Assembly (NCBI GenBank): GCA_012295275.1
Contig: CM022666.1
Span: 15,376,001-15,440,000 of the forward strand
DNA: 64,000 nucleotides
Source of the DNA: Chrysomallon squamiferum
Taxonomy: Eukaryota; Animalia; Mollusca
Direction of reading: 5' to 3'
Part shown: positions 14,971 to 30,945 of the stretch, piece after piece
Numbering within the stretch: position 1 is the stretch's first letter
Layout: each line of letters begins with the position of its first letter
Notes under the pieces: generated by a model
What the model was told of the DNA's origin: nothing
The model's database searches: none
The model's input: the letters and a program-made list of their open reading frames with translations, nothing else
Program-made: the position numbers and the translations under genes

Positions 14971-15450
14971 TTTAGCCTACGTTTCAGTTTATTCTGGTGA
15001 ATAGTTGCACATGTTTTCATAAAACCTTTCATTTGATAATAATAATAATAATAATAATAATAATCATAATAATCATAATAATAAATAATAATAATAATAA
15101 TGATAATAATAATAATAATAATGATTATAATAATAATGATAATGATAATAATAATGATAATAAAAATAATAATAACAACAACAACAATAATAATAATAAT
15201 AACAATAATAATAATAATAATAACAACAACAACAATAACAATAACAATAACAATAACAATAATAATAATAATAATAATAATAATAAACAAATAAACAAAT
15301 AAAAAATAGAATCAAGTTGAAGGAAATGAACAGAAGAAGGTTCTCGGTGTTGCTCTGATAACGTGACACGTGTGGAAAGTTGTTAACATCAAAAAGTCGC
15401 ATGCGGAAACTGAATAATCCTCGAGACGTTGATAATTTCCTTGAGAAATA
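14971..15450 (-). repeat. Dispersed repeat family A, copy 2 (inverted)
   Basis: Inverted homologue of 3955-4344. Confidence 0.85.
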
Positions 15451-15774
15451 CAAACTGCAGTTTGAATTATAAAAATGGGATTACAGTTAGGCATTTCATC
15501 ATATCTTTAAGTATCGAGAGAAAAAACACAAAAAGTAATTTTGGGGCTTGAGAGCCAATTTTGGTGAGCAACTAGCAAGAGATGAATCTGTGGAAAAAAT
15601 AAACTGTGTCTATATGTTAAATCCTTGAAAGATGTGTCTCTGTTTTGTGCGTGTTTCGTTCGCTATACTCTCTCTCTCTGTCTGTCTGTCTGTCTCTGTC
15701 TCTCTCTCTCTCTGTCTCTCTCTCTCAGTCTTTCTGCCTCTTTATCGAGAGACAGGTAGACAGAAATACAGAAG

Positions 15775-15874
<100 letters not shown>

Positions 15875-16538
15875 CTTTCTAGGCATCTGACGACTGTTGG
15901 TATAAAGAAAACATCTTTAACGTCTCAGTGTTGCTTACGTTATTAAACAGACAGTTAAATGTGAGCCTGTGATTATCACGTTATTTGCCTCATTTCACTG
16001 AACATCGAGTTTAGTGCAGTGTATATGTTTTATTGATCTTCCTTATTAATTGACCAATTATCTCACAACTTTGGGCCATTCTTCGGAATTACACTTTTAC
16101 CACAGTGAAACTTACGTATTTACGTATCTCATCAGAGTGCCTGCGTGAATGCGGGCGTGGGCGTTTGTTTTCGTGTCGTGCGCACGCAGAAATGGAGGAA
16201 TTAGTACAGCCAATTATCATATTTGTCGTGGACGTTCTGTTTTCGTACAAAAGCTGTTAATTACATTGATAAATGTAAGCTTATTCACGATCAGCAGATA
16301 TTTCGATGTTAAAAGAGTAAGCCTGTGTATAGAATTACGATTTCTTTTCCCAGACTTCTTAAGTTGAGAAATGGACAAAGAAAGTATATTAAGTGTTGGA
16401 TAAGAAATGTATCTTCAGCTGATTGACTGATTTGTTGTTGTTTTTCTTTATGTTGTGATTATGGATATTTTTTTAAATTTTAAACTCTACAAATGGTGGA
16501 TGCTTGTATAAAACATTGCCTTCGTAATCAGCATATCG

Positions 16539-16584
<46 letters not shown>

Positions 16585-16676
16585 GATGTATCAGGAGCAA
16601 ATGGTTCAAGGCTTAAAAATAAATAAATAAATGATGTACATTTATGAATAGAATGTGGCTTACTAGAAGATAAAGT

Positions 16677-16753
<77 letters not shown>

Positions 16754-19262
16754 GTCGTCGTCGTCGTCATCATCATCATAACTACTACAACATTATTTCA
16801 ATTTATTTTACCTTTTTACAAATGAGTTCACTGAAGCAAAATAAAAGGGTTGAGGAGGGGGAAAAAAACTTATACACACACATTTCTTTTCTGTTAACAC
16901 TTGAAAAGACGCCTTCTGCCCGCCAGTCAAAGCGCGCCATGTTTGTTTCTAATTAAACTGTACAGAAATCGCTGAGATAATATTAATCTTTCGTGTTTCA
17001 TCGTCACGTTCCGTCGTCGGTCTTTTACAGTTTTACATTCATTTCGTCAGTGCTGCCTGCATCGCTTGTTGACACATCCGCGGAAGCGAGGCTCGTTGAG
17101 AAACTTATCAACCTTCCCGAACAAAAGAGCGCCGTGTCGGAAGAGTCCGGAAAGAAATTGATTTCGGGTCAATCGATCTCTCCGCGGAATGTCACGAGTT
17201 CTGAAATCTCCTGTCGTCTGCTTTTTCGTTTACAGTTAAAATAATAATAATAATAATAATAATTATTATTATTATAATAAACCATAATATTATAAATAAT
17301 AATAATAATAATAAATAAATAAATAAATTATAATAAATCATAATAGTAATAAATAAATAATAATAATAAATCATAAAAATTAAATTAAATAATAAAGAAA
17401 AAAATTAATATCACTTGTATTTATTTATTTTTGCTTTTATTTTATTTTATTTTATTTTATTTATTCAGTATGTTTATTATAAACATCGGGCTCATTTCAT
17501 AGAATAGAACAACTTTGTATTTCAACGTGCTTTTAAAAGTAAGAGAAGAAAATGAATGTTGAAGCACGCACCCTATGGGCTCTACAGTTTAAAAACAAAA
17601 CAGAAGTGGGAATTAAAAGTTCATTTTAGAATGATTTTTCTCGCGAAAGCTGAACTTTAAATATCCCCTACTTACACATTTAGGGTTAGCACGTGAGTCC
17701 CAAATGCTGATACGTAATGAATCTGACGAAATTTCTACATCACGATAATAAATCGATGACGAAAACTCCTCCAGTGATGTTGATTGATGGCTGCATGAAC
17801 AACACCTGTCTCCGATTGGCAAATTAAGGAAGAAAATCCCAAAGGACCCGAAGTCTGAGCAAACCTCCAAAACCTCCGTGACGAACCCCTATCAGTGTGA
17901 AAATACGTCGTGTAAGCGGACAGTGGTATGTTTATACCTAGAGCTATTCAAGTACCAGCTGTAGTTGCAATAGCAGTAGTAGTAAGTTGTAGTAGTTGTA
18001 GTAAGAGTAGTAGCGGCATAGTTAAAAACAGGGGCAGTAGTTGTCGTAGTAGCAGTCGTATTAGTCGTAATTGTTGTAATAGCAGCGGCCATCTCGTTGC
18101 TTTTTACACTTACACTGTTATCTTTACGAGCTTACTTCCCAGAAAAAGTCTCTCTCAACCTGACAAAAATACAAGCTGTTATCTTCATTTCTGCACGCAA
18201 TACAAATGCTGTTGCTTGCCGAAAGCGGTAGAAAAGCTTGATAGAAAACATCCGGTAAAGTCTCTTTTACCATTTTCGAATCACAGACTGCTTTCAAAAA
18301 ATTATCACCAAAAATATGTCGCCTCTTTAAAAAAAAAAAACCAATGTAATCGAAGCTTAGAGGCAACAAACAAGTTAACGCAGTCTCTGAGAAAGACGTC
18401 GTTAGAGCATGTTTTCTGTGAACTGTGCAATACGTCGTCGTGGCTGCCGAAGTCGTGGTTTCTCTCCGAGACAGAAAGCGAGTGATCAAGAACCTCCTGA
18501 TCTTCTTTGAAGGATCTTGTTAGTGAGGAAAATTATCATTTTTTTTTTTTTTTTTTTTAAGACGTCGATTATTTTGCCGCGTCGCATTAGAGTTTAAGTG
18601 ATTAAATCTCGGTTCAAGATGACGTCAGAGCCGGTCGCGAATAAATTGTCTGTCTGTCTGTTCATCCCATCATCGTGGTTAACAAATCATCAAAGTGTTT
18701 TAAAACACTTCACGCCATGATGTTAATTCCTGGACTGTTTAACAGGACTTCTGCACAAATCCTGTGGAAGGTTTTGAACACTGTTTGTATTTCTGACATA
18801 AGAAAAAGCGAAGAGCATCTGATGTAAATATACCCTTTTCATTTGTGATTATTTACTCAGTTGTATATTTACCTTTATGATTTGAATTTTTCTTTGGTGG
18901 TGGAAGTGCCATTGAAATAAATATTGGCACCGATGATAAAATAAGTGTGATGAATGATAGTGTTAGTTTGAAAATGAAGCTTGTTATGTTTGAAAACGTG
19001 GTTCAAAACAAACACACGTAACACAATAAATAATAACATAGCAGATCATTCAATATTCAGTTTGCTCTTTCAGTTTGTTCTTTCGTTTGTTTCGTAAACT
19101 TCACTCCCACATTCAAACAGCATCTCAAAATCATTTCTGAGTAGTTAGTGGTGGCAATAGTAGAAGTAGTAATAATAATAATAATAATAATAATCATAGC
19201 AACAACAATAATAATAATAACAATAATTTTTTTTAATAATGACAATAACAGTAATACTACTG

Positions 19263-19307
<45 letters not shown>

Positions 19308-19409
19308 ATAATAATAATAATAATAAGTCGTCTAAGAAGAATACAAACAACACTGATACATGAGCAAAACATATTTTTGTAGTTCTTTAGTGTGGATCTC
19401 CGAAACCAT

Positions 19410-19620
<211 letters not shown>

Positions 19621-19962
19621 ATTTAACTTACTGCTGACATCAGTATGACAATCTCTCGACTCCAGACGAAGCCGTTGATGTTGCTTCTGTTTGGGATACT
19701 CGAGAGTTGAGATTCTTTCTCAGACGCGTTCAGCTGTTTTCTCTGTGGAGTCGAGTGTACAGAGCTGCTCTGTTAACAATGGAACTGTGTTAATACGGGT
19801 ACAAGTAGGAAGTTCGACGGACATTTTCAAACTCACGTGTTTCACTTACAGTTGGCTTCTTTGACATTTTCCATATTTTAATTTGGTAATTTCTTTTTCT
19901 TTTCCACGTTTCTTATATCTTTTTTTTTTTACTCCTTTTTTTTTTTTTTTTTTTTTTTTTTT

Positions 19963-19997
<35 letters not shown>

Positions 19998-20435
19998 ATT
20001 TATTTATTTATTTACTTACTTATTTGTTTATTTATTTATTTAGTTATATATTTTTTATTTATTTATATATATATATATTTTTATTATTATTATTTTTATT
20101 ATGTTGTTTTCGGTAATTTTTATACCTCCATCCTTTGGTTGTTTCCTTCCTTCACTTCTTTCTTTCTGTCTTTCTTTGTTCTCTGTTTCTTTATTTATTC
20201 CTTTTTGTTTTCTTTTTCTTTTTTTTGTATATCTTTTTATTTTGCATATTACTGTGTATCTGTCAGTTCATCTATCTGCACCTAATCCATCTATCCGTCT
20301 GTATGATTTATTTTGTTTGTCTGATTATATATCTATATGTGTGTGTCTGTGTATGTGTATGTGTATGTATATGTATGTGTGTGTAATGTATGTATGTATG
20401 TATATATATAAAAAATTGTTGATGTATTTATCTGT

Positions 20436-20467
<32 letters not shown>

Positions 20468-21083
20468 TCCATTCTCTACCAGAACGTTCTTTATCAGTTC
20501 TGCTTTGATTTAAGTTTTTTTCCCACCCGCTGGTCTCTCACGTTTTGAAACAGAAATAAACTGGTTATTAATAGCTCTGACTACGGATCACTGCAATGAA
20601 ATGACGGCAACTTTCAATAAAGAGCTTTTCTACGACTGTCAGATCTGTCGTAACAGTGGAAAGAAGCGAGTCTGAAAAATACAGAAATCTAGAACGTTTT
20701 TTTTTTTTTGTACTGACATTCAATCAGTAAGGTAGACAGAAAAAACCTAGACAGACATACAGACATGCGGACAGATACATTAACAGACAGTCGGACATGT
20801 AAACAGACACAGTGAGAGAAAGAAATTAATATTTCTATTTGTATTTTCGACATCTAAATATATATATTTTTTTAAGCACTAGAACATTAAACTTGTATGA
20901 AAGACCACTGAATCATGTGGGTTATAATATGATTTGTGATATGATAGACAAGTAAGATGTAATACGATATGAAGTAATGTGATATGGTTTATCTCAGGTA
21001 CTACATTATTTAAACAGAGAGTATCACCGCATCTGACCATTTGTCCATCTGTCCGACTTTTCAGGTTTTATTATTGTTGCGCT

Positions 21084-21216
21084 GCTGCTGCTAGCACTAC
21101 TACTACCACCACGACTACTACTACTACAACTACAACTACTACCACTACAATTACAACTACTACTACTACCACTAGTACTACTACTACAACTACAACTACT
21201 ACAACTACTACAACTA

Positions 21217-21253
<37 letters not shown>

Positions 21254-21430
21254 GACTACTACTACTACAACTACAACTACTACCACTACAATTACAACAA
21301 CTACTACTACCACTAGTACTACTACTACAACTACAACTACTACCACTACTACCACTACTGCTACTACTACCACCACGACTACTAATACTACAACTACAAC
21401 TACTACAACTACTACCACTACTACTACTAC
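21084..21430. repeat. (ACT/ACC/ACA)n compound microsatellite with internal higher-order duplication
   Basis: Block ACCACCACGACTACT...ACAATTACAAC...ACCACTAGTACT occurs twice, about 140 bp apart. Confidence 0.9.
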
Positions 21431-21907
21431 GTGAATTTTCATTCACTACGCCCATCTCTCACTCTCTGTTGCTTTTTGCAGTTGTGTAACAATGATTACC
21501 TATAAGTCTGTAATGTCAGTCCACATGACACAGAATTTGAAGCTATCTTAGCGTTCTATTTTGATAAAGACAGCAGCCTGTCACGTGATCCATGGCTGAA
21601 AACGGAGGAGAAGAGGGAATTAGAGATCTATTTTAATGCGAAAACGTTTATTTTCATATTCCTAGCAGTACGCGAGTCCCAAAACACAGAGATGTGTATA
21701 TTTACGAAACGTTAATAAAATAAAATAATACACAGAAAAAAGAAAAAGATAAAAAGGAAAAAGGAAAAAAATAAAGATAGAAGAGAAAGAGAATAACAGT
21801 TTAAAAACATTTGAAATAACGAATAAAAAGTAAACCAAAAAGAAAAAAACAATATATAATATTTATGTATCTCTCTCTCTCTGTCTTTATCTCTGTCTCT
21901 CTTTCTC

Positions 21908-21997
<90 letters not shown>

Positions 21998-23083
21998 CAT
22001 AAAAAGTTGTTAAAATGTGGAAAAGAGTGAGCTAGACAGTCGATAACTGGAGAGACAAATGGACACGTCGTGTCTGTAAAATTCCGTGTCCGTGTGTGTT
22101 TGTGTAAGTGTGTGCGTATTTTTATGTATAAATGAAAAGGTTCGAGAGATAAACAAACATACAGACGGACAGAGGTAGAATATAGCGAGGTAAGGAATGA
22201 AACAAGGATTTTGATATCATTAGATGTTGTTTTTCTTTTTTTTAAATCTTATATCGGTTTATAAATTTATTTTTAACAATTAGCTCAGTTTCGTGATGTT
22301 TGGATTTTCACTTTTTTTTCCCTCTTGCTAAATGATTATCAGTTTTCCATATGAAAACTTTCTTCTTCCTGTTCTCTAACGCACATCAATATGTCGACAA
22401 CTGCAGCACGCATAAAGAGATCTCACTTAATGAGAAACGCATTTAAATTAACATCATGGGCATCCGGGATCAATATTTTGTTCTGGGATATGAAAAATCG
22501 CTGGTAGGATCAATATACATATTAATAAGAAGAAATATATAAAAAAAAAAAAAAAAAACCCTGAAAAGCTGGATAATAAAAGTTCGTGATAAAAAAAAAA
22601 AAAGTAAAATTTTAAAAAGTAGAAAATAGAAAAAAAGAAGAAGAAAGAAATTGAGTAAAAAAAAAGAAAAATATGAAGATTTTTTTTTTTTTTTTTTAAG
22701 TGAAAGGAAAAAAAAAAAAAAAAACGAATGAAAAGAAATGTGGAAAAAAAATAAAAAAAATGAAAGTTATAAAATAAATAAATACAATTTGAAGAACATA
22801 TGGAAAAAGTAAATACAAAAAAATAATAATAATAATAAAAATAATAAAAATATAATAAATAAATAAATAAGTAAATAAATGAGTAAATTAAAAAATAATA
22901 ATAAAGAAACTAAAAAAAAAAAAAAGAAACGGTAAAGAAAAGATAAAGGTAACCGTTTTGAAATAAAAAAAAAAAAAAAAAAAAAAAAACGAAAGAAAGA
23001 AGAAAAGATAAAGAACGAAAGAAAAATAAAAAAGAGGAATAAAGAAGAAAAAGTAAGAAAGTCCAAAAAAAATAAATAAATAA

Positions 23084-23147
<64 letters not shown>

Positions 23148-23264
23148 ATTAATAAATAAAATTAAAAATTAAAAAAATTAAAAAAAGAAAAAAAAAAATT
23201 AAATAATAATAAAACAAAGAAAACTTTGCTTATTTTCTAAATTTTAAAAAACAAAAAGTTAGAA

Positions 23265-23691
23265 GACGGAAGAACGAACGAGGGAAGAGGCGGCATCAAT
23301 GAGTTTTGAACGAGTGTAACAAATGTGAGGCTCTGTGACGTACGATGGCACGCAGAGATTGGCGGTTGTTTCGTTAGTAACTCTCAGCAGTTACTAACCA
23401 GCGCGGAGAATTAAGCGAATCGGCGCGCGCCTTCGGTGGAAGGTACCAAAGAAGAAAAATCGGGCGGTCCGGTGTTTCGGCGCTGCCGCAGTTACAGTCA
23501 TTGCTGATTCAACCATTGCGGTCTAGAGCCATCGGGTGCTTTTTTTGATAAAGCGTAGACTTCTAGAACTGTTTGCTAGTGAAAAATTGTGTCGTGTCGG
23601 ATTGTTGAAAAAAAAAAAAAAAAAAAAAAAGAAAAGAAAGCTGTCTGAAGACTGTGTTTTAAAACTTTAGTTAATCTTAACTAATTTAAAG
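23265..23691 (+). promoter_or_regulatory. CpG-rich promoter-like island with candidate non-coding first exon
   Basis: Dense CpG, reverse CCAAT (GATTGG), GC box GGGCGG, a 10-bp palindrome, an Inr-like CAGTT/CAGTC and a donor AAAG|GTAGGT at 23692. Confidence 0.45.
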
Positions 23692-23746
23692 GTAGGTATC
23701 CTTTTAATGTTGTTGGTCTTTATGCGTATGTTTTTGTTTTGTTTTG

Positions 23747-23820
<74 letters not shown>

Positions 23821-24030
23821 GTGTTTTTTATGCATGTTGCTATGTATTAGTTTCTGAAATATCTGCAGATTTATATTAATTGTTATTTCACTGTTTTTGT
23901 TTTTACACATTTTATTTCTTATTTTAAACTTGTTTCAGATACAGAATGAAGTAACTTTTTAAAAATTTTACTCGTACTTTTCGACATAATTCCTTTACTC
24001 TTAAATCATTCAAACGGATTAAGTAATAAA

Positions 24031-24082
<52 letters not shown>

Positions 24083-24456
24083 GTCTTATGTTGTTTTTTC
24101 TCTAATTTTTGTTTTCGCTATTCGATTTAAAAAGCGATTTTTTTCTACATATTAGGTTTATAAGGAATTATTTGCGTTTTGCGAAATGTATGTATATATA
24201 TATATATATAGTTTTTTGTAAACTAAAGAAGCGTTATAATTTTATTTGTATCATTTAGTTACAGTTTATTTTATCTGTCTGTCTACAGGTGTGTGTTTCA
24301 GTATGTTTGAGCGTGTGTACACCGCACAGCAGTTTCTTTAATTTTGTCTTCTACTTTCACGAGTTTGAACCGTCTTATTGACTTTAGGATACACACCCTA
24401 TCTATTTGAAAAGATATATGTGTCTGTGTGTCTTTGTGTGTGTATGTGTGTGTATG

Positions 24457-24573
<117 letters not shown>

Positions 24574-25857
24574 GTGTTCAGCTTTATCCTGCGAAGGTGA
24601 GAATGCCTCGATGCATTGAGTCGTTTGACCTGAGCAGGAAAAAACTTATATCTTCAGACAGTGACAAGTTATTTCTTTCATCCTGCAGTCAACTAACAGT
24701 TCTCGACATTTAGCAGCTTCACGCGTATTGATTTCCTTTCGTCATACATCAAAACAAAATAATTCTTAAATAATAGACATAATTACTTGTTATTTTTTTT
24801 GAAACGAAGCTCTTTGCAGAATATTCTTTTAAGATCGTAACCAGCAAATAAACATTAGAGAAATAACTGAACAATATATATATGTGTGTATGTGTGTGCG
24901 TGTGTGTACGTGTGTGTGTGCGTGTGCGCGCATGTGTGTGTGTAAATAACAAGTAAATTCAGGTAAATACCGATCCGTCTGAAATATGTACAGTTTTGAT
25001 CAGTGTTCAAAATTCATGAGTTTTAACCACGTACACTGATTACAGGATAAATAAATAAATCAAGAAATCAAGAAATAAATCAATTAGTTTATAAAATAAG
25101 TAAATTTCTATTTGTCAGTGTGACTTCCTCTCTCTCAGTCTCTCTGTCTCTCTCTCTGTCTTTCTCTTTTTCTTTCTCTTCTTTATCTCTCTGTCTCTCT
25201 GTCTCTGACATTGTTTAGTAATGTTTATTACTCAGATTTTGAATTTATTAATTTTGTTCCCCCTTGTAAATCTTTTGTTTTTCTCTTTCTCAAATTAGTT
25301 TTTTTTTTTCAAAAGCTTTTTTTTTCTTTTCTTTTGGTTGTTTCTACATGTAGCTGATTAATACAACGCACTGTTTAACTTTCAACAACAACTTCAATAT
25401 CATTTGAACCAACGCGAGTTTGAAAATCACTTAACTTGATTTCTATAGAAATATAGTTCTTCAACCGCAAATAAGATTCTCTTTCATTAGCTTATTTCTA
25501 TTTCTTTATCTTTCTGTTTTTTTTTTAAATTTAAGTCCTTGTCGACGCCAGTAACAAAATGATAAAACATTTCTACAAGCTCATTAAGAGTACGAATGGA
25601 TTCATTAAAAATATAAGCTGCTTATTTTTTGGAGATAATCATTTTTAAATTTGTTTATTTTATTATTATTATTATTATTATTTTTTTAAAGATATGTGAA
25701 TTAAACGGACAAAACTTCGAATGCCAGAGCAGTAATTAAACTGAATGAGTTGAAATATTGTCACGTGATTATAAATACACAGAAATATAAACATGTCTGT
25801 ACACGAACACACACACACACACACACACGCAAAGAAAGAGAGATAAAGACAGAGAGG

Positions 25858-25943
<86 letters not shown>

Positions 25944-26064
25944 GAGATAAATAGACTGATAGACTAAAAAAAAGATGAAAAAGTAGAAAGAAAGATTCAA
26001 TAACTGACAGAAAGACAAATAAACAGACAGAAAGTTAGATGAAGAGAAAGAGAGAAAGGAAGAA

Positions 26065-26205
<141 letters not shown>

Positions 26206-26860
26206 AGAAACGTAAACATAATTCTGACCTTATCAGTGTAACAGATTTCGTTCGTTTATTTTCCATTGTATTTACACCCTCGTTATTGATACGTCATATT
26301 ACGTAATAATCGACAATGATCATACGTCACAAATGTCCTATTAATGAGACGTCGTTTAAATTACGTACAAATCATTGCGGTCCAGAGCTTAGGAAAAAAA
26401 TATGAATGAAAAATTGTGACTCGCTAAAGGTATGTATAGCAGTTAAGTTTCATCTAATATAATAGATATTTGTATATGTATAATTTATAATCTATGTACA
26501 TACTTACATACACACACATACACATTAACACATATATATATGTGTATGTGTGTGCGTATGCATGTACGTGTTTTTGGGAAAAGTAAAGTTGAATTAATGT
26601 AATATACTTAGAAGTGAAATCTTATTGATGTTAAACAGATTAAAAGTAAAAACCAATGGTAAAGCTGTTATTAAAATTATTTTTATCAGTTTAAATGGCT
26701 CCCAAGGTCATTGTTATTATTTGTCATAATCCTCTCAAAATAGGATACACAACTATTAAACTGAGAGACAGAGAGACAGAGAGAGACAGAGAATGGCGGA
26801 CTGATGAACAGAAAGTAAGACAGATACACGCATACACACAAGCTAATGCGCATACGCCCA

Positions 26861-26967
<107 letters not shown>

Positions 26968-27537
26968 GCCAAAATATGGAAACGAATACAAACACAAACA
27001 CACACGCGCACTGGAAAGAAACTGGAAAAGAAAAGTTGTATTGGGGGAAAAAAAGAAGAGAAAACGCGTTTTATACTAAAAATAGGAAAACTGGAAAACA
27101 CACACAGACACGCACACACACACGCACATACACACACACACACACATACAAAACAAACAACTGTTTGAAATTAAGATATATATTTATTTATTTATCCATC
27201 CTTCCGACTGTCAGCCTATATCAGTGTTTGGGTCATCTACTGGGTATAATATCAGTTACAGCGAGGCCTACCGAGTAACACATTTACAAATTTACAGCTG
27301 AAGACTGTGGCCCGGGGGTCAGTACAGAGTATTAAAACTGGGCCTAAATCCACTGTCAATAAATTAGTTTTCTGTTTGGTTATTAATATTAGAGACGAGG
27401 CTTGATGGTTCAGTGTTAGATGGATTAACGTTGTTATGCTGCTGCAGTCATTTCAGTTGTTCATTACATGAACATGTGAGTCGTTCACGAATATGATAAC
27501 ATCTCCACTTTTAGCACCTCTACACTAGGTTACTGAC

Positions 27538-28000
27538 CGAATGATTGCTTGACTAAGAGATGAATGAATGATTGCTTGACTAAGAGATGAATGAATGATT
27601 ACTTGACTAAGAGATGCTTGAATGATTACTTGAGTAAGAGATGAAAGAATGATTAGTTGAATAAGAGATGAACGATTACTTGAGTAAGAGACGAATGAAT
27701 ACTTACTTAAGTAAGAGATGGATAATTATTTTTGTAAAAGATGAATGAATGATTACTTGAGTGAGAGAGGAATGAATGATTACTTGAGTATCAGATGAAT
27801 GAATGATTACTTTGAGATGAATGAATGAGATGAATGAATGATTACTTGAGCAAAAGATGAATGAATAATTATTTGAGGAATATAAAGAGGAATAAGTAAC
27901 GGATGAATGATTACTTGAGTAACGGATGAATGGTTACTTGAGTAACGGATGAATGGTTACTTGAGTAAGATGAATGATTACTTGAGTAAAAGATGAATAC
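27538..28000. repeat. 23-27-bp GAAT-based minisatellite
   Basis: Unit ATGATTACTTGAGTAAGAGATGAATGA with a shorter variant TGAATGGTTACTTGAGTAACGGA. Confidence 0.88.
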
Positions 28001-30603
28001 ATGATTGAGTTTGTGTGAATAAGTGTATGAATGTATGTGGTGGTGACTGGTTTTGTGTGTATGTTGGTGAATACAGGTATTAATAATGAAATGAAAGTTT
28101 CTTTTGAGCACCGAATGAGTAAGTCTGTGTGGAAATGAACATATGAGAGCGGATGTTTGAATGAATAAATAAATATAATAATCAGTGAATCAAATTTATT
28201 CCTCTCTCCTGTCTGTATCGCTTTGTCTTTGATTCTCGTTTTGTCTTTATTTTATCTCCTTCATTCTGTCTCTCATCTTATATTTCATTCTGTCTTTCCT
28301 TTTAACTCTGTCGTATTGTCTCTCATGCCTTCGCTTTCGTTCTATAACACACGCACACGCACACACACACGCACACATACACACACGCACATACACACAT
28401 ACACACATTCTCATATACAGAGATACAGACACACGTAGTTCTGATATGCGAATATAAATCCACGATTACAAATACCAGTATTTTACATGTCTTTCTCTTT
28501 GTGTATGTATGTGTGTGTATGTGAGTGAGTATGTGTGTGTGTGTGTGTGTGTGTGTGTCTGTGTATGAGTGTCAGTACATTTCACACAAATTTACAGATA
28601 CGTTAAGATAACCAATTCTTTATTAATTCACAAATGTCTTGTTGTTTTTTTGTGGTTTTTTTTCGCTCTCACCTCATTACACATCAATCAGGAATTTTCT
28701 CTGTTAATATTTATGAAGGTGTTGGAAGCGTAAACAAAATAATTGCACTACATCTAATTTGTGAATCTGCAGAATCAGTTAATTATTCATTATCATTTGT
28801 TGTTTTATGTTTGTGTAACGGCTAATTTGTCCAATATTTTTTTTTTGTCAGTACGTTATTATTTTTGTTGTGAGATCGTGTACTGGAGATTTTGTTTTAC
28901 TTTATTTATGAATAAATGTTTCTACACTTATTGACATATACGTACATAATATATATATATATATATATACACAAACACACACACATACAGACATATGTTC
29001 TTTTCATAATCAGTTTTCGTTCCTATAGTAGTTCTGGTAAAACTAAAAACTTGGTAATGTAGAAATTTATTTAACCGTTTCTTTCTTTTAATTTTTCTTT
29101 CTTCCACAAAAGCTCTTTAACTATTTTTAAAATTATAAAATAAAAATTAAATTAATTCTCTGCTGTTAATACCTAGAACCTGTACTGGCTCGCTTCCCAG
29201 TTTGTGTCCAGAACAAATGTTTTGTACAGCAGTGTGTTTTGAGTTAGAAACATCTTATTTCCCTTCCAGTCAGAAACACTCAGGTCACGTCTGAATTTGA
29301 TGAATAATGTTCCAGCGAGGAACTCAGCGTACGGTTAGTTTTGTTGCAGTAAACCACGCCCTGAGTCACACCTTTTCTGTGTTGATCAGAAGAGTCCGGG
29401 GCACGATACAATTAATTATTTTAATTCACCACTGCTGTTATTTTGGGCTAAGTGAATGAATGAATGTGAAGTGACTTGTCAGTCAGTTTGAACAGTTTTT
29501 TCTGCTGTGACTGTGACGTTTGTGTTTGTTAGGAGTCCACAGACAGACATACTGACGAGCGAGATTTGACACACGCGTAGGTGACCTCTGGATGGAAGGA
29601 CGAATAATCTTCTTACGTCATTGAAAAGATCTGATTTAACAATCCACCTGATTCTTGTAAACGTTCTAACATCGAAGTTTTAGCTTGATTCTTTTCTAAG
29701 ACAGGGACGACTGCACACAGACTTGACAATCATTCAGAAGTAAGGTAATTAACATCGAAATTAATTAGAGAATATTAAAACATGAGTTACTTTGACTGCA
29801 CAGAATCTGTCTGAACTGGATGGAACCTTAACTTTGCAAAGTCTGACTGAACCAGAAACCATTTCTGAATGACGCACCAAAACTCTTAGAAAGAACGTAA
29901 CGAAACACGAGCACGGCAACCTTTTAATTGGTAGAGAATGCTTCTGGGGGTCTAAGCTGCCTTAGGGTGTAACAGTTGTCTGAACACTGCTGGGAGTGTT
30001 GCCCGGGCCTGCAGAGTCACGTGACCTAACTGTTAGAACACTTGAAGTGTGAAATTGTTAGACGTGATCAAAGGAAGAAATCTTCAAACTGTGAAGACAG
30101 AGCGATTGTGTCTAGTCCTTGTAAAGAAGTCGCTTGACATTCAAGTTTCACTGGTCAAGTCATCTGTCAAGTGCGAGAGACGTCATCGCCGCGTCTGTTG
30201 ACGCCGTTGGTGAGCACGTGATCCGCGGATCTTCACAGTTTGAGAGTTAAAGATGAGGATTCCCGATTTCATTAATGGGGTTTGATTTAAGGGACAGTTG
30301 AGGATTTGTTCCTAATGGAGATGGTTATAATTACGGTGATTTTGTGGTTATGATATTTGTGATAGTTTTTTTTTTTCTTCTTCTTTGTTTTCATTTGTTT
30401 GTTTGTTTGTTTGTTTATTTATTTATTTAATTCATTTCTTTTCTGTAATTATATATTTTTTCTTTTTGAAGTTTGTAACAGAACTTGATGACTGCGTTGT
30501 CAAATTTAGATTTGCAAATGATACACATTTTTCATTTGATAAAATAAATAGAATGTCACAAATAATGTACTTTTTTTGTTCAATATAATACAATGTCATT
30601 AGT

Positions 30604-30945
<342 letters not shown>

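Noticed and set aside
17928-18489. 185-aa and 121-aa overlapping ORFs
   Set aside because: Partly a GTA-type simple repeat, includes an A-run, and has no domain or exon partners.
20979-21455. Mucin-like poly-Thr and Ser/Gly/Cys-rich ORFs
   Set aside because: Compound (ACT/ACC)n microsatellite with no convincing splice context or unique domain.
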